The notes under the pieces were generated by a model. That model worked only from the letters and a program-made list of their open reading frames with translations, searched no databases and was not told where the DNA came from. This document shows, piece after piece, positions 54,891 through 61,788 of a DNA stretch of 64,000 nt. The translations under genes and the position numbers were made by a program. Each line of letters opens with the position of its first letter. Positions within the stretch are counted from its first letter, which is position 1. Origin of the DNA: Burkholderiales bacterium (GTDB lineage Bacteria; Pseudomonadota; Gammaproteobacteria; Burkholderiales; SG8-41); the NCBI GenBank assembly GCA_019634975.1, contig JAHCAI010000005.1, positions 177,719 to 241,718 on the forward strand. The letters run 5' to 3'.

Positions 54891-56129
54891 ATGTCGGTAT
54901 TCAAATTAACAGCCGCGAGAATTGCCGCCCTACCGATACCGGTATTAGGTCAGGACTTTTATCGCGACTCCAAGCAACCGGGCTTCGGCGTCCGGGTTAG
55001 CCCGGGCGGAACCATTTCCTTTTTCGCCGAAGGTCGCGTTAACGGCAAAACCAGACGCATCACAATTGGCCCTTGGCCTCAACTGACGGTTGAGGAGGCA
55101 AGGAGAATCGCCAAGGTCATCCTCAGCGAACTCATACGAGGGATTGACCGAAAAGCCGAGGAAAGAAACGCGCTGGTCAAAACCGTAACGCTTGCGGAAG
55201 CATTCAAGCAGTTCAAAGAAACACGAAAATCTCTCGCAGACCGCACAAAAGCCGATTACACCTACATGTTCAACCGGCTAATTCCAGATTGGATGAAATT
55301 GCCGTGGGTATCGATCACTCGGGAAATGGTACTCAAGCGCCACGCTGAGGTGGGCAAGGTAAACGGCTGGGCAACCGCGAACCACCTGATGCGGGCGCTG
55401 GGGTCAGTGTTCCGCTCCTCAATGAAATACTACCGGGCACCAGATGGCTCGATGTTCGTCCAAGAGTGCCCGACATCAATCCTGAGCGATGCCCACGCAT
55501 GGTTTCCAAAAAACACCAAGGATTCCTATATCAAGCCTCATCAGCTCAAGGCTTGGTTCGATGCAGTGCAATTAATTGCAAACAAAGTCGCCGCCGACTA
55601 TCTGATATTTCTGGTCCTGACCGGCCTGAGGCGATCTGAGGGCGCCAGTCTGCGGTGGGATTGTGTTGATCTGATAAGCCGCACACTCACCATCGAGATT
55701 ACCAAGAACAAGCGGAAACACGTGATTCCAATTTCGGATTACCTCCTTACCATGCTGACCCGTCTCAAGGAAAACGCGATCAACGATTTCGTATTCCCCG
55801 GCAATGGCAAGACCGAGCATATCGTGGAAATAAAGAAAAACGTTGCTTCTGTAGTCAAGGCATCGCAGGTGAGTTTCACCCTTCATGACCTGAGAAGGAC
55901 GTTTATTACCATCGCAGAAAGCCTCGACATCTCCGCCTACGCGGTAAAGCGTCTAGCGAATCACTCCATGGGCGGTGATGTAACTGCAACGCATTACATT
56001 GTTTTCGATATCGAACGCCTGCGCGACCCGATGGAAAAGATCAACCGCTACATCCTTCGAAACGCCGGGATACTGCCCACCGCCGAAGTTGTTCCGCTAA
56101 CCGCTCAAGCCTCGCAGGTCGCGGCCTAA
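54891..56129 (+). CDS. Tyrosine recombinase, P4-like integrase with N-terminal arm-binding domain
   Basis: 412 aa. N-terminal FYRDSKQPGFGVRVSPGGTISFF (DUF4102-type). Catalytic R (TGLRRSE), HxxR (LHDLRRTF) and H...Y (ANHSMGGDVTATHY). Confidence 0.9.
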   Translation: MSVFKLTAARIAALPIPVLGQDFYRDSKQPGFGVRVSPGGTISFFAEGRVNGKTRRITIGPWPQLTVEEARRIAKVILSELIRGIDRKAEERNALVKTVTLAEAFKQFKETRKSLADRTKADYTYMFNRLIPDWMKLPWVSITREMVLKRHAEVGKVNGWATANHLMRALGSVFRSSMKYYRAPDGSMFVQECPTSILSDAHAWFPKNTKDSYIKPHQLKAWFDAVQLIANKVAADYLIFLVLTGLRRSEGASLRWDCVDLISRTLTIEITKNKRKHVIPISDYLLTMLTRLKENAINDFVFPGNGKTEHIVEIKKNVASVVKASQVSFTLHDLRRTFITIAESLDISAYAVKRLANHSMGGDVTATHYIVFDIERLRDPMEKINRYILRNAGILPTAEVVPLTAQASQVAA

Positions 56130-56218
56130 TTTTTTACCGAAATTTTGATGAGACGTGAGTAACAGACATGAATTGACATAGCTTTATCTCACCCCCCCCG
56201 TAAACAGGGGGAAATTCT

Positions 56219-56281
56219 GGGCCATCGCAAAGGAGTGCGGCACACCTCAAAGAGGTGAACTTCTTTGCGATGGCCCTTTTT
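56219..56281 (+). terminator. Long-stem rho-independent terminator after the integrase
   Basis: gggccatcgcaaag ... ctttgcgatggccc followed by T5. The inner loop holds a second small hairpin (cacctc-aaa-gaggtg). Confidence 0.65.
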
Positions 56282-56305
56282 GTTTGACACCTGAAGGAGA
56301 CGCAC

Positions 56306-56473
56306 ATGAATAGACCAGTAATTCAAAAGGAAATCCCCACGAAGTATCTGCGGGAGGCCGAGGCAACCGCCTACCTCGGATTCAAGTCGCCTCGCACGCT
56401 TCGGAACATGCGGTTCCGGGGTAATGGCCCGTCATTTCTAAAACAGGGAAGGCACGTCATCTACCCGACGTGA
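56306..56473 (+). pseudogene. AlpA/Xis-like small HTH gene, C-terminus replaced by the IS insertion
   Basis: RBS gaaggaga. MNRPVIQKEIPTKYLREAEATAYLGFKSPRTLRNMRFRGNGPSFLKQGRHVIYPT*. The TGA stop is the first 3 nt of the IS left inverted repeat. The same frame resumes after the IS (57661-57699: TSWASKQPREKH*) just before a terminator. Confidence 0.65.
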
Positions 56474-56534
56474 TCCCCAAGAACAGTAGCACTTGAAATT
56501 GGAGTCCGATCTATTATGCAACGGGAGGTCGGAC

Positions 56535-56798
56535 ATGAAGAAGCGGTTCACGGAAGAGCAGATCATCGGTTTCCTGCGGGAAGCTGAGGCCGGAGTGGCA
56601 GTTAAGGATCTGTGCCGGCGGCACGGGTTCTCGGAGGCGAGCTACTACTTGTGGAAGGCGAAGTTCGGCGGCATGAGCGTGCCGGAGGCAAAGCGGCTGA
56701 AGGCGCTGGAGGCCGAGAACGCGCGGCTGAAGAAGCTCCTGGCCGAGACGCTGCTGGAAGCGGAGATCACCAAGGAGGCCCTGCGCCGAAAGTGGTGA
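56535..56798 (+). CDS. IS3-family transposase OrfA (HTH)
   Basis: MKKRFTEEQIIGFLREAEAGVAVKDLCRRHGFSEASYYLWKAKFGGMSV...leucine zipper. RBS gggagg. Confidence 0.88.
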   Translation: MKKRFTEEQIIGFLREAEAGVAVKDLCRRHGFSEASYYLWKAKFGGMSVPEAKRLKALEAENARLKKLLAETLLEAEITKEALRRKW

Positions 56799-57649
56799 CC
56801 GTGCCAGCGCGGCGCGAGCTGGTGCGGTATGCGCAGTCGAAGGGTTTGAGCGAACGCCGGGCATTGCGGCTGGCGTGTTTGAGCCCGAGCGTGCTGCGCT
56901 ACGAGCGCAAGGATGACGGCAATGGGCCGCTCAGGGAGCGGATTGCTGCCCTGGCCCATCACCATCGGCGGCACGGCTACCGGATGATCCACTTGCGGCT
57001 CACCCAGGAGGGGTGGGCGGTGAACCTGAAGCGGGTGCGACGGCTGTATCGGGAGCAGAACCTGATGGTGCGGCGGCGCAAACGGAAGAAGGTTGGATCT
57101 GGAGAGCGGCAGCCGCTGGTGCGGCCGGCCCGGGCGAACGAGGTGTGGAGCATGGACTTCGTGTTTGACCGGCTGGCGAGCGGACGGTCGTTGAAGTGTT
57201 TGACGGTGGTGGACGATGCCACGCAGGAAGCGGTGGCGATTGCGCCGGACACGGCGATCTCGGGGATGGCGGTGGCGAGGATACTGGAGCAATTGAAGGT
57301 GAGCCGCGGATTGCCCAGGGTGATTCGCTCGGACAACGGACGGGAGTTCTGCGGACGGGCGATGGCAGTCTGGGCGCACGAGAACGGCGTGCAGTTGCGC
57401 TTCATCGAGCCGGGCAAGCCCAACCAGAACGCCTACGTCGAGTCCTTCAATGGGAGACTGCGCGACGAATGCCTGAACGAGCACTGGTTCACGACCCTGC
57501 CGCATGCACGGGCGGTGATCGAGGAATGGCGCCGGGATTACAACGAGCGGCGGCCGAAGAAGCAGTTGGGCGGGTTGCCGCCGGCGGTTTACGCCGCACG
57601 CATGGCAGCCCAATTGAACAGCGCGGACTATAATGCAAACTGCTACTAA
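56789..57649 (+). CDS. IS3-family transposase OrfB (DDE domain), expressed as OrfAB by -1 frameshift
   Basis: The -1 frame (track ORF 56612-57649) contains WSMDFVFD, VIRSDNGREF and YVESFNGRLRDECLN (DDE). The likely slip is at cgA AAG (56789-56792), just before the orfA stop. Confidence 0.85.
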   Translation, partial: KVVTVPARRELVRYAQSKGLSERRALRLACLSPSVLRYERKDDGNGPLRERIAALAHHHRRHGYRMIHLRLTQEGWAVNLKRVRRLYREQNLMVRRRKRKKVGSGERQPLVRPARANEVWSMDFVFDRLASGRSLKCLTVVDDATQEAVAIAPDTAISGMAVARILEQLKVSRGLPRVIRSDNGREFCGRAMAVWAHENGVQLRFIEPGKPNQNAYVESFNGRLRDECLNEHWFTTLPHARAVIEEWRRDYNERRPKKQLGGLPPAVYAARMAAQLNSADYNANCY

Positions 57650-57702
57650 AATTGGGGATCACGTCGTGGGCTTCAAAGCAGCCGCGAGAAAAGCATTGAA
57701 AT

Positions 57703-57737
57703 AAAAAAGGGCCGTCGTGTGACGGCCCTTCTTGTTT
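57703..57737. terminator. Bidirectional terminator hairpin
   Basis: A6-gggccgtc-gtgt-gacggccc-ttcttgttt. It serves minus-strand gene 57755-58252 (T-run on minus) and the original Xis-like gene end on plus. Confidence 0.7.
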
Positions 57738-57754
57738 GGTGCTGACGAAAATAA

Positions 57755-58252
57755 TTAGGAAGTCGCAAGCCGCTGATAGCCTTCTTGGCGATCCAGGTTT
57801 TTCAGGATATCTTGTTTTATTGTGTCGCTATTAGATTTACCAATTGAAATCCCTCTTTGCATAGCAAGGGCCTTTAATTCGGCTCGCGATAGTTTTTTTG
57901 ACAAAAGAGCCCGGATTTGCTCATTCGTGAGATTGGGCGGTATTTCGATTGGCTCTCTCTTTGCTTTGCGCGGCCCCTTCTTTCGTCCAGACGACAATAA
58001 GACACGGAGAACTGCATCTGAGGAGGCCGACTCGAGAAACGTAATTACGTGATCGAGATGCTGGATAGTTTCCGCCGTTCGCCCCCCAAAAGATGGGTTT
58101 GTTAGGCCAGCATGCAGATCTTGCAAGGAAGTTATTAACGCAGACAACCCGTTGATAGTTTCCTCTTTCAAATCGGGCTGATTTACCAAATAGAGATCGT
58201 CTCTAATCTGACTTAGCCGAGCGAGGAGATTTGGATTTTTATTGGATTTCAT
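57755..58252 (-). CDS. Hypothetical 165-aa protein; helical N-domain, basic linker, C-terminal SAP/HeH-like motif (putative DNA-binding partner of the ParA-like ATPase)
   Basis: The start lies 2 nt after the ParA-like stop. GRKKGPRKAKREP linker, then LTNEQIRALLSKKLSRAELKALAMQRGISIGKSNSDTIKQDILKNL, reminiscent of SAP/Rho-N/HeH helix-extended-helix motifs. Confidence 0.6.
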   Translation of the reverse strand: MKSNKNPNLLARLSQIRDDLYLVNQPDLKEETINGLSALITSLQDLHAGLTNPSFGGRTAETIQHLDHVITFLESASSDAVLRVLLSSGRKKGPRKAKREPIEIPPNLTNEQIRALLSKKLSRAELKALAMQRGISIGKSNSDTIKQDILKNLDRQEGYQRLATS

Positions 58253-58254
58253 CT

Positions 58255-59166
58255 TTAACCAAGCTTTTCACGAAATTCTTCGGCCATGCGGCGATAAAGC
58301 ACATCATTTTGCGAACCGGAGGAGTTGAGAAACACTGGTAACTGCTCTGTAGTCGCCTCTCGTATGTCTTTGTAATCCTCGGTATGCGTATCGAAACATT
58401 TATCCTTGAAGTTCGGCATTCCTCTGACAATCGCCATTTGCTCCCGCGCCACAATTTGCTGTCGCCCAGCAGTCACATTTACCTTCACAAAGCAGAGGTA
58501 CGAAGGTAGCCTCCTGGCACCCTCGCTATTAGGATCAACGATTTGCTCTGCCAAATTCCTTTCCTTTAATAACTGGCGGACTTTTCGATCTAAAAATGTT
58601 ACGCCAACCGTTGAGAAGTGGTCCGGCATAAGGGTCACCAAATAACCATCGCTCGCGTATAAGGCGTTTTGGGTCGCCAAATAAAGATTTGGCGGGCAAT
58701 CAATCAATACGTAGTCATATTGATCTGCAATTTCTTTTATGGCATTCAAAAGTATCGAGCGTTGATCAAGGTGTGTTTGCGCCACCTCTCGTATCGTTGT
58801 GGCCGCATGCGTCTTTGACTGCAGTCTCAAATCAATATCGAGCAACTCAATAGTAGACGGAACCAAATCGACATTCGATAACTCTGGACGAGCCATCGGT
58901 TTTTTCCAAATTATGTCTTCTAGCGGACTCGTCTTCTGATCGAGATACGCGCTGTAAACTGTCTCTAAAGAACCATTAACCTTGACTCTATGCTCCCAAC
59001 TTTTGAAATCACAGCACAAGAATGTCAGATTTGTTTGGGGATCAGCATCGATCAATAAAACCTTCTTTTTTGGCTCGAACATTGCAAGGGCACAGCCAAT
59101 ATGAAAAGTAGTTGTCGTCTTACCGACTCCCCCTTTGTAGTTAATGAACGAAATTACCTTTGCCAC
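58255..59166 (-). CDS. ParA/MinD-family (deviant Walker A) ATPase
   Basis: GTG start after GAGGAGG. VISFINYKGGVGKTTTT (KGGxxK[ST]), LLIDADPQ, YDYVLIDCPP. Confidence 0.85.
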   Translation of the reverse strand: MAKVISFINYKGGVGKTTTTFHIGCALAMFEPKKKVLLIDADPQTNLTFLCCDFKSWEHRVKVNGSLETVYSAYLDQKTSPLEDIIWKKPMARPELSNVDLVPSTIELLDIDLRLQSKTHAATTIREVAQTHLDQRSILLNAIKEIADQYDYVLIDCPPNLYLATQNALYASDGYLVTLMPDHFSTVGVTFLDRKVRQLLKERNLAEQIVDPNSEGARRLPSYLCFVKVNVTAGRQQIVAREQMAIVRGMPNFKDKCFDTHTEDYKDIREATTEQLPVFLNSSGSQNDVLYRRMAEEFREKLG

Positions 59167-59332
59167 TATATCCTCCTCGCTGGCCCAGAATAGAAAAGGC
59201 CTGTGGAATTGATATTAATTGCATAAAGCATGCCCTTCACCGAATGAGTTCTTCGATAATCGGTGACCTCATGTATTGAGGCGCCCTCAACAGGCGCAAC
59301 CCTGCTTACAGGATACTCTGCTCTATGCAGAT

Positions 59333-59362
59333 AAAAAAAATGACCGCCACAAGGGCCGTCAT
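59333..59362 (-). terminator. Rho-independent terminator after the island-borne tRNA
   Basis: The minus strand reads atgacggcc-cttgt-ggcggtcat (one mismatch) followed by T8. Confidence 0.65.
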
Positions 59363-59371
59363 TTTTAGGTT

Positions 59372-59447
59372 TGGTGCCGGAAATAGGAGTCGAACCTACG
59401 ACCTTCGCATTACGAATGCGCTGCTCTACCAACTGAGCTATTCCGGC
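59372..59447 (-). tRNA. tRNA-Thr (anticodon CGU), complete, island-borne
   Basis: GCCGGAATAGCTCAGTTGGTAGAGCAGCGCATTCGTAATGCGAAGGTCGTAGGTTCGACTCCTATTTCCGGCACCA. It forms a 76-nt cloverleaf with a perfect acceptor stem, a TTCGACT T-loop and an encoded CCA. Confidence 0.9.
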
Positions 59448-59563
59448 ATTTTCTGCTCTACCGCCTACTATCTGCCTACTTGAAAAGCAGGTTCTTTATA
59501 GAAGTCGCAAAAAAACCTTATCCTTCAATTCCTTATCTCAACCTGCAGGAGGGAGACGTTCTT

Positions 59564-59602
59564 ATTACGAATCAGTTGCTCTACCAACTGAGCTACGTCA
59601 GC
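59564..59602 (-). pseudogene. 5' half (positions 1-39) of host tRNA-Thr(CGU)
   Basis: The reverse strand reads GCTGACGTAGCTCAGTTGGTAGAGCAACTGATTCGTAAT, then non-tRNA sequence (AAGAACGTCTCC...). It complements the 3' half at 50885-50930. Confidence 0.85.
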
Positions 59603-59636
59603 CCGGGGACGCGAATTTTACCGCAAACACCCGTTT

Positions 59637-60053
59637 TCAGGGCGCGCGCACCCTGACGATGACGTCTATGCCCTCGGTTTTCGTGCCGGGCGGCAGGGCG
59701 GGCATGCCGCTGATGGTGAGGTCCCCGGCCGCGATATCGGTGATCTCGCCGGTATCGACGTTGTAGAGATGGTGGTGCGGTTCCGTATTGGGATCGTAAA
59801 ACACCCGTTTCGGATCGACGATCACTTCGCGGATCAGGCCGCGGTCGCGGAAAAGATTCAGCGTGTTGTAAACCGTCGCCTTGGAAGTTTCCGCAAAGCG
59901 CTCGTTGGCGAGCGCGAGAATCCGGTCAGCGGACAGATGCTCACAGCGGCTGAACAGCACATGGGCGATCTCCAGCCGCTGGTGGGTCGGCGAAATGCCG
60001 TGTTCGCGCAAACGCTCGACCAAGGCTTCCCGGCTATAAGACATTGCTTTCAT
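59637..60053 (-). CDS. Fur-family transcriptional regulator (Cys-poor, HHH motif)
   Basis: 138 aa. wHTH region SPTHQRLEIAHVL...SADRIL...SKATVYNTLNLFRDRGLI, then EPHHHLYNVDTGEI. No CxxC pairs. Confidence 0.8.
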   Translation of the reverse strand: MKAMSYSREALVERLREHGISPTHQRLEIAHVLFSRCEHLSADRILALANERFAETSKATVYNTLNLFRDRGLIREVIVDPKRVFYDPNTEPHHHLYNVDTGEITDIAAGDLTISGMPALPPGTKTEGIDVIVRVRAP

Positions 60054-60252
60054 TGGAAATTATTTTAAGGCAAAGATTGGACTTTGTCTAATTGGACATC
60101 TCCCCTGCATCCCGGCCCGCACCGCCACCGCGTCAAACGTGCGCCATTTCACGGGGAATACCGCTTATGCCGCCCGGATAACCACTCATCGGCGACCGGT
60201 GGTCAAGGCATACAATCCTCCCTAACCTTCCAACGTCCGAAAAGGAATTGCC

Positions 60253-60687
60253 ATGACACGACTTGCCCGAGGATTCACCCTGGTCGAACTGCTGATCGTG
60301 ATCGCCATCATTGGCGTCATCGCCGCCATCGCGGTCCCGCAATATGGCGACTACGTCACCCGCAGCAAGCTCACCGAGGCCTTCGCGACGCTTTCCGAGC
60401 ACCGGGTGAAAATGGAGCAGTTTTTCCAGGATAACCGCACCTACGTCGGCGCCTGCACCGCCGGCACCGTTGCTCCGCCGCCGACCGGGCGCTATTTCAC
60501 CTATGCCTGCTCGAACCTGACGGCCACGACTTTCACGGTCACGGCCACCGGCGTTACTGCACAGGGCACAGGCGGCTTCGTCTATACCGTCAACCAGGCC
60601 AACACCCGGGCCACCACCGGCGTCGCCACCGGCTGGAACGGCGCGGGCTCGAGCTGCTGGGTCACCAACAAGGCCGGCGGATGCTGA
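60253..60687 (+). CDS. Type IV pilin (PilE-like)
   Basis: Prepilin leader MTRLARG|FTLVELLIVIAIIGVIAAIAVP with Gly-1/Phe+1/Glu+5. C-terminal Cys pair. Confidence 0.8.
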   Translation: MTRLARGFTLVELLIVIAIIGVIAAIAVPQYGDYVTRSKLTEAFATLSEHRVKMEQFFQDNRTYVGACTAGTVAPPPTGRYFTYACSNLTATTFTVTATGVTAQGTGGFVYTVNQANTRATTGVATGWNGAGSSCWVTNKAGGC

Positions 60688-61283
60688 ACGCTCGCCACAG
60701 CGGCTTCAGCCTGGTCGAACTGATCGTCGGCCTGGCCGTCATTGCGCTGCTGATTTCGCTGGGCGTGCCGCAATACGCCACGTTCACGGCGAATGCGCGC
60801 ATCCGCGCCACTACCGAGGGCGTCAACGCCGGCCTCAACCTGGCGCGCGCCGAAGCCGTCAAGCGCAACGCGCGGGTGGAGATGGTGCTCACCGACGACC
60901 TCCCGGTCGAGGCGCTGGTCAACGCCGTGACGCCCTCGACCAGCGGCACCAACTGGATGGTTCGCGAGTGGGTGCCCAGCACCAATTCCTTCAATTTCAT
61001 CGAGGGCAAGGCCGGCGCCGAAGGATCCGGCCGCGAGGAGTCCGCCGTGATCGTCACGTCGTCAAGCACCGATGCCGGCTATGACGGACGGGTGATTTTC
61101 ACCGGTTTCGGCGCCATGGCGATCGGCCAGCCGGTGACCTTCCAGTTCACCTACCCGGCGGCCGGCGCCTGCGCTGCGGCCAGCGGGCCTTTGCGCTGCC
61201 TCAACATCAACATATCGCCCGGCGGACAGATTCGCGTCTGCGATCCCAAGGTCACCGACACCAAGGACACGCGGGCCTGCTGA
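60681..61283 (+). CDS. GspH/FimT-family minor pilin
   Basis: Leader MLNARHSG|FSLVELIVGLAVIALL. ARAEAVKRNARV motif of FimT/FimU-type proteins. Confidence 0.7.
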   Translation: MLNARHSGFSLVELIVGLAVIALLISLGVPQYATFTANARIRATTEGVNAGLNLARAEAVKRNARVEMVLTDDLPVEALVNAVTPSTSGTNWMVREWVPSTNSFNFIEGKAGAEGSGREESAVIVTSSSTDAGYDGRVIFTGFGAMAIGQPVTFQFTYPAAGACAAASGPLRCLNINISPGGQIRVCDPKVTDTKDTRAC

Positions 61284-61290
61284 GGAAACG

Positions 61291-61788
61291 ATGATCAAAC
61301 ATTCCCATGCACCGCGGCACCGGCAGAAGGGCGTCATGCTGCTCGAAGCCCTGATCGGCATCCTGATCTTCTCGATCGGCATCCTCGCCATGGTCGGCAT
61401 ACAGGCGGCCGCGTTCTCGGCCAGCGCGGATGCCAAGAACCGCGCCGATGCCGCCGCGTTTGCCAGCGAAATCATCTCGCAGATCTGGATGGGCGTGGAC
61501 CGCACCTCGGACGCCAGCATCATCACCTCGCTGAACAACTTCCAGCTGAACACGGGAGGCAGCGACTGCAATTTCACCGGCGGCCAGGCGGACAACACCA
61601 ACACCGCGGTGACGCAGTGGGTCAGCGCGGTCACCGACTCCGCCACCGGTCTGCTCGGCTCCACGGCGGGCATGCAGCAGATCGTCGTTTCCTCCGCCGA
61701 CCTCAACCGCGTCACGGTCACCGTCTGCTGGCAGACGCCCCAGGACGCGACCCGGCGCCGTCACCAGGTGATTTCCAATGTGTTCTGA
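61291..61788 (+). CDS. pilV: Type IV pilus minor pilin PilV
   Basis: Leader ...RQKG|VMLLEALIGILIFSIGILAM. Assigned by size and position in the operon. Confidence 0.65.
   Translation: MIKHSHAPRHRQKGVMLLEALIGILIFSIGILAMVGIQAAAFSASADAKNRADAAAFASEIISQIWMGVDRTSDASIITSLNNFQLNTGGSDCNFTGGQADNTNTAVTQWVSAVTDSATGLLGSTAGMQQIVVSSADLNRVTVTVCWQTPQDATRRRHQVISNVF

Larger units (their letters stand above)
56471..57661 (+). mobile_element. IS3-family insertion sequence (orfA/orfB with -1 frameshift)
   Basis: IRL is TGATCCCCAAGAACAGTAGCA; IRR reverse-complemented is TGATCCCCAATTTTAGTAGCA. A 3-bp target duplication ACG (56468-70 / 57661-63) is possible if the right end is 57660. The IS is GC-rich, unlike the surrounding island. 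Confidence 0.85.
50922..59572. mobile_element. ~8.6-kb integrative genomic island in tRNA-Thr(CGU), bounded by 9-bp direct repeats ATTACGAAT
   Basis: Direct repeats at 50922-50930 and 59564-59572 correspond to the tRNA anticodon loop. There is an abrupt drop in GC inside. The island contains an integrase, Xis-like gene, IS, ParA-like gene, tRNA and a defence operon. Confidence 0.85.

Noticed and set aside
56465-57665. Exact IS3 boundaries and target-site duplication
   Set aside because: With canonical TG...CA ends (56471-57661) the flanks are ACG and CGT, which are not direct repeats. A 3-bp ACG duplication only works if the right end is 57660. This is ambiguous from sequence alone, so it is reported as a possibility only.
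59448-59563. Dedicated sigma-70 promoter for the island tRNA in the 116-nt spacer
   Set aside because: Only weak hexamers were found (for example TTCAAG-18-TAGAGC), with no convincing -35/-10 pair. Read-through from upstream of the orphan tRNA half seems as likely. Left as an open question.
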